A program made the translations under genes and the position numbers. Shown here piece after piece: positions 1 through 19,062 of a stretch of DNA of 64,000 nucleotides; position 1 is the first letter of the stretch; each line of letters begins with the position of its first letter. The stretch spans positions 9,548,001-9,612,000 of the forward strand of contig JAYWIR010000001.1 of assembly GCA_036172245.1 (NCBI GenBank), written 5' to 3'. Source of the stretch: Raillietiella orientalis (Eukaryota). The notes under the pieces are model-generated. The model was given only the letters and a program-made list of their open reading frames with translations, ran no database searches and had not been told where the DNA came from.

Positions 1-2269
1 TTGATCCCGTCTGACCCCGATTGCCGTGAGGTCTGCACCCACGGCATGCCGGCTAGTCTCACGCCTGAACCCGACCCAGACGTCACCTGCGACCTCGGAT
101 CACCTCGATGACGTAAACAAACAAACAAAAAATGGGGGAAAGAAAGAAAGAGAAAAGACCCGCGAGAGAGGCGTCTGAGGCTCAAACAACGATGGAGATG
201 AGAAGCAGGGATTACTGGTCGGCAGATCGAGATGCTGACAGGAGTACCGGTTTTCTTCTTCATCTTGAAGGAGCGGTCCAGCATGTCGGCACCTCCTCTT
301 ACAGAAGAGCTCATTCTTTGCTTAGCCCAAGTGTCGAGAAGAAGAGCAAGTGTGACTACCACTTGGATGTCACGGCTTGAGGCTGAAAACTTTCCCGTTC
401 CTCTTTTCGGCTGCGGGAGAGGAACAAGGACCAAGAATTGGGATGCCCTTCACGCGTGACTGTGACCTCGGGTCAGCCTTCGCCTGCAGTCTCGAGGCAT
501 AGGATTTCACAGACTCCGTTCTCGCGTTGATCGGTCCGGGAAGCTGGAAACAACCGCCAGGGGGTGTACGCGCGCGCTCTGGATGCCTGTGCAGCACGGC
601 AGCACCACGCGCGCGCTCCGCGCCCTCGAGGAGGACACAGAATCCAACGCGACGCACTGGCAGTTCACGTGTCCCGCACGTCGGAACCACACTTCATCCG
701 CCTCAAAGCAGGGTGGATCTACGACCTGGAGGACCGATCGGTGCAGGATCGAGTGGGAGACTTGCGCCGGAGGGAAATGTGACCAGGGGGATGTGACCAC
801 GGAACTTTCCGATGGCAAAATTTCCCGAGGCAAGGGAGGAAGCGAGAGCTGCCTGGTGTGGTTCCCTGTCTCAGTGCGACATGCTCTCCGTAGAGAGGGA
901 AGAAGGTGGCAACGTCACGGACGATGCGCATCTGTTTGCTGGCACGCGTGTGGTTGCTAGGGATAAGAAAATGAAAAACAAATTGCGACGCGACGAACGA
1001 TCCGGACGGTTTCTCACTTTCGAAAATGATTCCGGTCATTGTCTGTAAACGAGCGAGCGAAAAAAAAATAAAAAACGGGATCACATGAAAGAGTTACGGG
1101 AGGCCGTCCTCGTTGCCATGGCACCGGAGAAACACCTCTCCGGACCCGTATGGAGCAGGGTGGATGATTCTCCGCGAGTTTCCTCTTCCTCCCGTTACCG
1201 CGATGCCAACAGCAAATCCATCCATCATGCCTTCTGAAACAATAAAGCCACGGGAGAACCGCCATTCGTTGCTAATGAAGGGATATTGGGCTGTAAAAGC
1301 GCCCAGACAGATCGGCAGTCATCCACGCTGGAGAGATGAGAGAAAACTCGTGTTTTTGGATAGCCCCGGACACGGTCGTTAAGGAGAGACCGTGCACGCG
1401 GGAGATCTTCCGCTTCAGCCCATCGATCTGACCAGACGCGGTTCCGTGTTTACTCGGACGACCTTGACAAAAACAAAGAACAAAACAAAACAACACAAAG
1501 AAGAAAAAAATCCGGGATGCAATTCTATTGGATGCCTCCAGAAGGGAGACCCGGCATTCGCAGGCATTCGCAAGCTTCCGGAAGGACAGGTCGCTTGTGC
1601 TGCTGATGCTGCCGCTTTACGACATCCTCCGCCCCCGCTCGCCCTGAGCCCGTTCGCTCGTTTCCTACCCACGAAAGCGCGTCCTCGCCCTCGCTCGGGG
1701 AGATTTTCCAGGTGTTCCGTGCGGCTGCGCCGACGACCGGGGCTCGCGATGGGAGAAGACGGGTGCGGGAGGAGGGAGGCGGTCCACTTGCCCTTCTGTC
1801 GAGGAGGGTCGTCCCTCTTCCCGGGAATGACTCGTACGGCTCCAGTGGGCTGCCGGAGCTTGGATCTCCGTTCGGGAGCTGCAAGTAAGGGGGAGGGAGA
1901 TCGGCGGTTCGCAACGACCACCCTTTGGTCAGAGGACAAAGGGCGCTGCGAACGGATCTGCCGGCCAGGTGCGTCCTCAGGGGAGCTGGGGACGGCGGAA
2001 GGCGCGCCGATTGGCTGCGGAGTGTGGCGCGTTGGGGCGGCCGGCAAACGGTCGCTCTCTTCCCTCTCCCCCCCCCCCCTTCCCGAGGTCATGGCGCTCC
2101 CGCGCTATCGCCGAGGAGAGAGCGGTCCCATAGGCTCGCAGAAGCGATCTCCCCCGCCTCTTCCCCTGGTCTCCCCGTCCCAGCCGGTCGCGGGGCGAGG
2201 TGCTCGGTGCTTCCTCCTGCGCGCTCCTCGACACTCTGGAGGGACACTCCCCCTTCTTCCAAGATGGGG

Positions 2270-2537
2270 GTATCAACCAGCTCCATGGACGGCTCCATGT
2301 TTACCACCGGAAGGGAACCCCGAAATGAACCTCTTCCTTACCCCCTCCCTGGGGGAACCGGTTTCCACCAGTGCAGCCGCACCCGAATAGGTCAACCAGC
2401 GTCATCTTGCGGAGGGAACTCGAAACCCACAAAACCCCGTTGTGTCAAACCTTCCCCCGGGCGGGATTCGAACCCGCGACGCTCGGCGGTGACGCGCGCG
2501 CAGAGGCTGCCGAAGCCGCTCGGCCGGCCAACGCGGG
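2270..2537 (-). mobile_element. tRNA-derived SINE, head plus internally deleted body
   Basis: On - : A box GGCCGAGCGG and a perfect T-arm GCGGG-TTCGAAT-CCCGC, followed by the family block GCAAGATGACGCTGGTTG and CCATGGAGCTGGTTGAT. Confidence 0.8.
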
Positions 2538-3993
2538 TGCTGCAGGCGAAAGGATGCGTTCTCACATCCTCGCCCATCTTTGATCGCAAGTGCGCCACCG
2601 CCGCCGCCAGCAAATCCCGGAAATTTCACTGACTTCCCAATCCCGCCTCACATCGGAGCAGCCAAGGGCCGGGTGGGTTGAGAACGGCCGACGTACTGGA
2701 CTCGCGCGCCAACGATGAAGGCGCCCCTATCTGGAGCGCGTCTTGGGGCAGGCTGTGCTAAGCTTCCTCTGTCCGTCGCTCGAGTGAGTGTGCCGTACTC
2801 CTATCTCGCCTTCCTAACCTGGACCCTGACTGCATTCTCGCCCGCAGAGGACGCGAGCGTGATGCAGCAGCTTCGCCGTCGATGAGCACACAGAGACCCT
2901 TGGAAAGTCCAGGGCAAAAAGCCCTTTGCACACTTACTAGATCTATGCCCGGAGGGTCTCCAGTTGCATGCCCGATCGGAGTTTCAGCGTAGGGCCTGGA
3001 CCATTGATGAGACCGGCTGCAGATCTCTGGTCTCGCTCCAAGTGCGGAGGCTGGTCGAATCTCCCCCCCCTCCTTCCTTCCCGGTCCCCAACAGCTGGAA
3101 TTCAGGACAAAGTGCTGGTTCATCAAGGACCTCCGGCATACTGGTCGCGGCAATTCCACAAGGACTGAAGATGACCGTTCCTGCTCTCATCTTTGCATGC
3201 CCTCGTCTGCGTGTCCTCCTCTTGGACAACTCTTCGAGGTCCGAGCGCTTTCGGCCGAGTGGGGGTGCGGACAGTATGTGAGGGTGGATGCGCTGCTTCC
3301 GCTCCCTGCGACGACTCCGAATTCCGGGGACGCACCCGCTGTGCGCCTGGACTCCCCTTGCGACCTTTCCCCAAGCCACGGTGAACGCGTCGCGCCCGCT
3401 GGACCTCCACTCAGGAATTAAGAAATTGCCCTGCGATGCGGATTGTCCAGTCTTGGGTCCGCTCCACCCTTTCCGTTCCCCATCGCCGTCTTCTCAGGGG
3501 GTCTTCTCCTGGCGCACTATCCGCGGAGCAGCGGCGTCCCTCATTCCAGTCGGGAATCAATCCCGTCGATCCGGTGTTGTGCCTCGGGGAAGGGCGCCCC
3601 CAAACCCAGCCGCACGCGCGCCCGTACTGGGATTTTTTTTCTTCCGTGAGAGAGACCCCACTTTGCTCCTTTTTCGAGCTCGACTCCCCCCTGAGCCGCT
3701 GAAGGGGACAGCCGTGCTCCTTCCTCCCTGCCGCTGAGCATCCCTGAGGAACGAGAAGAGGGAAAGAGAGCAGGACAGGGAGCGCTTCTCCGGGATTCTC
3801 GTAATCCACCATTGACCAAGCGAAGTTCCCACGGAACCCGCCCGCAAAGAGCTCGCCCTTCATGCGAGTGGCACAGCGAGGTGGGAGGGCGAGGGGCACG
3901 GGGAGAGGGAGAGATGAGGCCAACGCCCATCCTCAGAATCTGAATGCCCTCGAAGCACGGAACGAGGGTCTGAAACGACGACTGCCTTTCCAG

Positions 3994-11600
<7,607 letters not shown>

Positions 11601-12436
11601 AGCCTACGCGTGTTAGAAGTTTCGCTGCTCCTTTCTTCTTTCCGGTGCTCGCGAGACTCCCCTTTTCCCTCCGCCTCGGTCCGTTCACCGAAACGCTGTT
11701 CCTCTCGACGGACCGGCTCCCTCGGTTCGCCTCTTCCTCCTGGAGTGCGACCCCACCGCTCGCTGGGCATCGTCCTTCCCAGCGCCCCGTGCCGCGCGCG
11801 CTAGCAGTCCTTCCGCTTCTTACGGCCCACGGGCGAGGCGACTGCGGTCCCACCTGCGGTACCATCGGTCGGGTTGGAATTCTCTTCACGGGAACCGTAG
11901 ACTCGGCCCCGACTTTCCTTGTGGGTCAGCTCCGCGGCGCCCTGGTCGTTGCCCAGGCATCTCCAGGAGCAGCAACGAGTCCGGTCAGACGCTCGTCTCG
12001 AGTGAGAGGGCACAACGGCTCGTCGAGAAGTCGTCTTCCTGGGGAAGGGTCGACGTTTCAGGAACGATTCCACGAGTGGGGATCAGTGAAGGTCCACCTG
12101 TCGCCTTGGAATTCTTCAGGAAGTCTGGAGGCGCTGCATGGCTTGGAGGCGCCTGGAGAGTCACTGCGGGATGCACTGCCGGAATCCTACGGAATCCCAG
12201 CCTACGTGGAAAGTGGAGGGTTCCGTCCGCAGATCGGGAAGAACGGCGCTGCCGGATGTCAGAGGTGACTGTGATCTTTCCCAAGGCAAGGGAAGCAGGG
12301 GAAGTCCCTCTGGGTTCTTCTGCTTTCGCCGCTTTTTCTCCATCTTTTTTCTTTTTATTAAGTGGGTGCATGGTGTAGGGTCTCAAGGAGTGCTGAAGAA
12401 CCGTTTGTCTCCGTAGGGAGGGGGGGATCTCAGAGC

Positions 12437-13190
12437 TCTTAAACGCTATCCACGCCACTCGAGGGTGCGTGTCAACTTTCCAAGATAGGGAGTACCCGGG
12501 AGGGGACCACCTTATGAATCCAGGAAGGGCTCCGAAGGAAGAAAACCGTTCCTCTTACGTGGAGTAGGGAAACTCAGAAGGGAACCCTCGCCCTGGTTGT
12601 CTCCCAAGGGAACCCAGAAGGAAACCTCTTCCTTATTCTCTCCCTAGAGATCCATCGTAGGTAGGAACCACTCCTTTTTTTTTTCTTCGGAAGGCACCCA
12701 AAAAGGATACGCTTCCTGTTTCCCTCTCTGGAGAATACCCGGAAAGGATGCTTCCCGATTTCTCTTAAGGGTCTGCTCTCCGAAGGGAGCAGAACGCTTC
12801 TTGAGCTCTGGAGAGGCATCAACCAGCTCCATGGTACGCGATCGATGGATTTTGGTAGCAAATTGTCCCCTAGGGGCGGGACATCTCCATCTTCCCAATC
12901 GAAAGGGGAGATCCCGAAGAAAACCGGCGCTCCTCAATTCCCAGAAGGATACCGGAGGATCAACTTCCAATCCCGGCTAGCCAGAAAAAGCATCCGCAGG
13001 TTTCCAGCTTCCACCAGTGCCACCTTCGAAGCCTACAGGCCAGCCAACCAGCGTCATCCTGCAGGGAAGAGAACTGGAAGCCCGCGACGCACCCCTTGTT
13101 CTCGGAGCCCATGCTTCCCCGGTCAGGATTCGAACTCGTGATACAGAGTCCGCAGCCACGTGGCCGCTGGCGCGGGCGTGTGGACTCTCG
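12437..13190 (-). mobile_element. tRNA-derived SINE, near full length
   Basis: B box GAGTTCGAATCC, central block GCAGGATGACGCTGGTTGG..GGCACTGGTGGAAGC, CCATGGAGCTGGTTGAT, and tail CACGCACCCTCGAGTGGCGTGGATAGC. Confidence 0.8.
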
Positions 13191-14059
13191 CTGGCAACCA
13201 CTGCACCCACGAGATCCGCTTCCTTCGCAACGGAGCGGCAAACTGCCGGAAGCGCCTGTAGGCATCTGCTTCTTGCCCAGGGACGGCCAATGAGCTGTTT
13301 GCTTTGTTGTGCGACTGTCCAATGACCACAGAGCTGGGAAGCGGCTGCAAGATGTACTTCTGGGACCCAGAGGGGTTTCTCCCATCGGCGGCCGCATGGA
13401 GAGATTTGTGGGAGTTCCCTCCAGCAGAAGATTCGGGAGCAGTTGGGAGAGATTCGCAGGACAGCTCCTTTCCATGCGGGTTGCCTTTGTGGTTTTAGAA
13501 AAGAAACAAAACAAATCCTCTGACAAATCTTCACAGCATCCAGCATCCATCCGAGCTCTTCCGCGTGGTGCCGAGTACCCATGATGCAGCCGACGAGCCC
13601 CTGAGTCAGCTTAGCAGCCCCGAGTTTCCACGTGCAAGGAAACCACTTGCACGTTTCCCCGGACCGAACTCTGATCCACCCGTGATGTTTTGCACAAGAA
13701 ACTGATGTTCCACCGTCACCTGGCTCGTTTCCTTCCGTTTCAGAAACGTGGGATGCAGGCGCCTCTGCCGGCGTCTCTCCTGACCTGAACTGTGCTCTCG
13801 CCCTCGCCTCGGTAGATGCACGGGGGTTCCTGCGCCTTCCCGGAATCGGCTGTTTTCCCCTCGTTCTCGCCTCTTCCCGGTGCCGCACCTAGAGGTCTCC
13901 GCGGTTTTGCTGAGCGCCTGCGGCCCTTTGGTAGCAACTCTTTCCTGCTTCTCCGCTGCGCAGCCTCCCAGCCTCGCGCAGCGCGAAGAAACCCTCAGTG
14001 GGTCTTTTCCGGCCCCTTGCTGGTTGGGGAAGATGGCTGGGCTTTGGTTTATTGGTTCA

Positions 14060-16790
14060 TCACCCGGTCACGCCGGGTCGTTTATTATAAAAAATAAACT
14101 AAATATACACGTGTAGGGCCATCTTCCTTACATTATATGAAAATGCTCAGAACCTGCCGACTAACCAGCACGCAGGCCGGCGAGGTTCTTCTCGGCAGCG
14201 GGGGGAAGGGGGCAAACAAAAATAAAAATACAACAAAAAAATATATACAAAAAAAATGGGAGGCTTAGGGAAGGGATCGCCGGATGCTGGAGGGAGTCCT
14301 CTGCATTCTTTCCAGGATGCCGTCAAGTTCCATCCGAGTATGCCCCAGGTGGGACCATCTTGCTGCTGTCCGCAGGAAGCGCAGGGCGGAGCACATGACG
14401 TCCCTATCGCGCCGTCCTCCTCTTGCATGGTTCCAGGCCGCCGCAACCCCGCGTAGCAGGGAAAGAGGAAAGAGCTGCTGGGGATTCTGCAGGCGAAAGG
14501 GAATCGCGCACGAAGAGGCGCTTCAATCACATTCCTGGGATTGTTCGTCAGCGCACCAAGGGCCGTTGCATAGGCAACCACAGAGGCCGGTGGGCAACAC
14601 AGTGTACTAGCAGATGCGGGAGGGATTCTTGTTCCCCGCACCTGCAACATTTGGGGTCTACAGCCCCCTGTGAGACCCACAGGCGTTGCACAGGAGGCCC
14701 CAGTGCAACAGCAAAAGTGCAGATTCCTGCCACTTCAGGGGGAATTCCGGGTTGTTCTTCAGCGCTGGGGACCACTCGAGGTCTTCCTGCGGGATTCCCA
14801 GAAGCTCATCCCAGTGCAATAGTCTTTTCGATGGGGCACTTGGGTTCGCAGCGTCCGTGAGCTGACCCATGGTCCAACCACCTAATTCCTTCGCTCTTCC
14901 ACCGATCTCACATAGGACTCCCCATTTGACCGGCTGGTTACTGCCCAAGTGCTCTCTGAGGGAGGGCTTTAACTTCTTTCCTTCTCTTTCCACCGGGTTC
15001 ATGGATAAAGTTGGCTTATGGGAATCCAGCGGCCGTCGCATCTGGCGTTCTTTCTTTGCCGCATCGAAGACACGGAAATGTTGCTGCGGCTTCTGCAAGT
15101 TCGTCTTCCTCGATTTCGCGAATCTTCAGATGGAGCTCTTCCCCCTCTGTCATGCAGTTGTTGAAGCTGTGGATGAAAGAAGCAGAATTCCCATCGAGAG
15201 GACGTACAGTACCACATGAGCGCGGATGATTCGCAAGGTCAGATTGTCTACGGATCCAACTGCTCTCTAGGATGGCTCTACGAACTGAAAGTTAAAGGAA
15301 GACTGGGCCCTTTAGAGGCCCTGTGGTTCAGGATTCGGGTCCTCAGAGTCTTCCACTCGGCTCTGTCTACTCGGAAACTGTTCTGGGAAATGCATCTCTT
15401 ACGGAACGCAACTTTCTGGAAAGTCTGGTTTGTCTCCTGAGTCAACGACGCCTCGACTTCTGTTCCAGAGCAAAGGATGTAGACTGAGGAGAGCTACGGA
15501 GCCAAGCCTTCCTCTCATTCCTGAGGAAGTTTCGGAACCCGCTGACCTCCGAAGCGAGCGAGACCCAGGCAGAAACGGCTCTGCCCCTGCAGCTGGACGT
15601 GGTCTCCAGCGTAGCGCGTCTTCTGGGTTCAGCTGCGTCGGCAGCTGAGTCGTTGAACGCTCCAAGTCGATTCCGAGGTTCCACGGTCGCGGGTGGCGTC
15701 CAAAATCTCGAAAAATCTTCAAAATAAATACATGTGCCTAATATATATATTAATATATGAATTATGCACCCAGATCAATGCATAGCTTAATATACATCAC
15801 AAAGATTATTTCAATAGATATGTATGCCTATTGTGTATATTTAAATATATTTCTATATAGAATAAAGTACAAATTTATTTTCTTATGAATATTTATTAAA
15901 ACGAAAATTATTGATATCCCTTATAATATGTTTACTAAATATTAATATACATATAACTGTACATAGAACATAGAACTGTATACATCATGAAGATTAAGCA
16001 TATATATATATATATATATGTATGCTTATTATGTGTATTAAAACAGGTATTTCTGTATAGAATTATTTTCCTATTTCTTTTGGCATATATAAATATGTAA
16101 ATCTATATTCATGAATATATAATTCACAATGTGCGTATTATACGTTAATCTCTATATATGTGTATTTGTATATAGCATAATATATATAAAAGGCTGATAG
16201 GAAATAAATTTTCATGTTTAATGTTTTCATATATATATATAATGATTTTATTTATATATATATTATGATCTTTATAATATACATTATTCTATGCATGAAC
16301 CTATATGTGAACTTATACATGAATGTATCCAATGAGGATGTGCACTGATTTTCAGGATCTTTCGGGATTTCGATCTGCACCGTATGGTCGCCGTGTCCCG
16401 CTGTCCATGGCAACCAACATCTCTCACAGGATCCGGAGAGCGTCGCATGGGGGCGCCGCAAATCGACGTGTGTTCGTAGCACACCACCCGTTCGGACTAC
16501 CAGAAGTGGTCCACCGGGAGGCACTCACGGGTTGGGCCGTGCGACCTTCTATTACCAAGCAAGGAAAACGTTCTTCTGCCCACTCCAAGTTCTAGGGTAG
16601 GTCGAGGTCACCTGGACGGCCGTTCGCTTCCCTCGAGGAAATTTCTTCCTCCACCTCGATGAGTGTCAGCCATCCCGAGGTGATGCAGTTGCTAAGGAGG
16701 AGGAGGGCGATGCAGAAAACTTCGAGGGAAAGCGGTCGCTAGGCAACGACTCGATGTTCCCACTGAACCCCAAACTCAGTCCTTACGGCC
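14060..16790 (-). mobile_element. Degenerate Tx1/L1-clade LINE (RT end, C-terminal zinc finger, 3' UTR), interrupted by a MITE
   Basis: PLKWQESALLLLHWGL and CCRCGEQESLPHLLVHC match the CxxC..E...HL..C motif of L1/Tx1 ORF2. PLSLEVFCIA near 16720 is RT-like. T-rich 3' UTR ending in AATAAA plus a hairpin. Confidence 0.7.
15691..16382. mobile_element. AT-rich foldback MITE, Mutator-like
   Basis: Imperfect long inverted arms (caaaatctcgaaaaatcttcaaaat vs revcomp cgaaatcccgaaagatcctgaaaat, and atgcatag..taat.ta.at.a.aaagat on both arms). Central (TA)n hairpin at ~15995-16028. 9-bp flanking direct repeat cacggtcgc / tatggtcgc. Confidence 0.72.
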
Positions 16791-17730
16791 AGTCCGAAAG
16801 TCAAAAACCTCCTCCGGCTCCGCGGAGGTCAGGCACAGCTCTCAGTCGGTAGTGTTCCAGCTATCGCATCCTGGGGCGGCAGTCGGGAGTCACGCAAGGT
16901 ACCGGGTGAGTAGCGCGGCTTTAACCCTGGCCTCTTCCCGTGGGAGCAACTTTTCCGTGTTGGTGTGCGAACGATGACACTGTCGTTCTGAGTGAGCGAA
17001 GGAGTGCTCCCTCCCGCCATTCCCAAGCTAGAGGGGAGAACTCAGAGGAAGAGGAAAACGGCCCAAAGCGCGCACGGGCGCAGCAACACGCGGGGGAAGT
17101 GCAGAGTGGGTTCCTCAAGCTCCCTAATCCAGCACCCTTTGTAGCTCTGGAGGCGGTAGGGTGCTGGCAAAGAGGATGGAAAACGCTACCCTCCGTCGGA
17201 CCATTGCACCCCATTCGAGGCCATCGGCAGGACCGAGAGAGCCCAGCGACACAGAGAGGCTGGGCCTAGCGCCCCAGGAAGAGGTCCATGACCTTGCAGA
17301 CTACCAGCCCCACCTCCTTCCCCTCCCCTTTCCTTGCCAGCCTCCATTGGCTCCAATGGACGTCGCCCGCTCTGCCTCCCCGGCATCCCCGGAGCGAGAA
17401 TTCTTCCGAACGACGGCGCGGTCGAACGAAAGAATGTTTCACGGGATGACCTTCGCGCACCTTCCCCTTCTGCTCTGAGGATCCTCGGCTTCGCAGGAAA
17501 CGGCGGCCCCTGATACAGTCCCGCGAAACTCCGGACTCGGCAACGAAGAACCGGAAGTTGGAAGCAGATTCTGCTCAGTCCTACAGGCGGAGGTTTCGAC
17601 TCGCCACGAAATCAATGAGGACCATCCCATGAAGATAAGAAGTCACGCGTGCAGCTTCCTCGAGGAGAGGATACTTTTTTAATTTTTTCCTATTTTCGCC
17701 GAACGCCCCCTACCAGTGGACACAGCCTGA

Positions 17731-18515
17731 AAGGGAAAAGGAGGGCGCACTGGGAGGAAAGGTTCTCCCCTGCATTTGGCCGTCCTTCCGGGGCACGGCG
17801 ACGGCGGGAGTCACCCGATGGGATTCCGCCTTCGGGGGTCCCAGGAATTCGGGGTGGCGCCCTGATCTCGAGAGTCCCTTCTGTCTCTGCGAAGCGCTGG
17901 CTGCCGCGGTCGAAGAGTCTCTTGAAGCAGCCGCATGCGTTTTTTTCAAGGCCCTTCGCGGCGGAGGTCAGAAGCTTCTCTTCCACTCTCTCCGGTCGGC
18001 TCTTCCCTTCCCCCCCAGTCTGCCGTCTCCCCGCCGCCGACGCTGCTCCCGAGCGGGCGCAGCAGCACAGGTACGGGGAAGGGCGCCTTTCCCCTCACCG
18101 CTCCCCACGCGTGCGCCCGCCTTCTCCTTGGCTGGAAACGGGGGAGGGGGGGGGGAGTGGCCCACGAGAAGCGGTCTACCTTGGAACCGGGCAAGAGTCC
18201 TTTCTCTTCCCTGCTCCTCCTTGCCTAGGAAAGAAAGAACGGAAGAGGAGGGAGTGGAAGGACGCCTCCTTTCCCGTCCATTCCCCAGTCCACCCCTTTC
18301 TTCCCCCCCCCCCTCCCCCTCCCTGCTCCCGCCGGGACGAAGCTGGAGCGACAGAGCAAGGAAGGCAACCGCGACAGCAAGGTGGCACTCACCATCCGGA
18401 GCGGGAGGACCCCAAGGCGGCAGCAGCGGGTGGCAGCGGCTCACAACTCGATACGTCGCCGAGTCCGAACCTCCGGCGACGACCCCTCGGCGCTGCGGAA
18501 GAGCAGCGAGCCGGA
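17731..18515. repeat. Segmental duplication, copy of 34301-35085
   Basis: Direct repeat at offset 16570. No internal mismatch seen by eye beyond the first few bases. Confidence 0.95.
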
Positions 18516-19062
18516 AGGACCCCTGTCTACGAGTCTTGCGCCCTTGCCTGGCCGCCTCCAAGGAGTCTTCTCCCCCTATGGAGCCAATCGACCGTTCCAG
18601 GAAACAGGATCATGACCTTGCTCCCTCCCGTCACCTCTTCTGCTCCTTTCCTTGTCCTTGTGCTCCTTCCACGGAGCTCCAGTTGGCGACACTCGTCCAC
18701 ACAGCCGTTTCGGAGTCTCCGGAAGAGAGGATTGCGCTCGGCAGTGCGTCCAAACGAAGGAAGTAAAGTAAACTTTGAGCACCCCTCCCCTTCTCGCTCG
18801 AGGCCCCGTTCCTCGGGATCCGCCGCTTTGCCCCTTTCTGCGCCGTGTCGCCGTGCCCACCGCCGTCGGCAGCTCCGCGAGACTCCGGACTCGGCTTCGC
18901 GGGAGGACCGTAAGTCGTCGAGGGTTTCTTGCAGGGATGTCCCTGGCGGATTCTCCGGGACCGCGACCGCAGATTGCGCACACCCTGGAGCTGCTTCCTC
19001 GAAGAAGGAAGAGTACTTAGTTTCTGTTTTCATTCTGCTCGCCGTATGTTCGCTCCTGGTCG

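Noticed and set aside
1-131. Retroelement 3' tail ending gacgtaaacaaacaaacaaaaa
   Set aside because: Truncated by the window edge, with no second copy to confirm it.
2451-2537. Functional tRNA gene
   Set aside because: The T-arm and A box are present, but there is no convincing acceptor or anticodon stem, and it continues into the SINE body.
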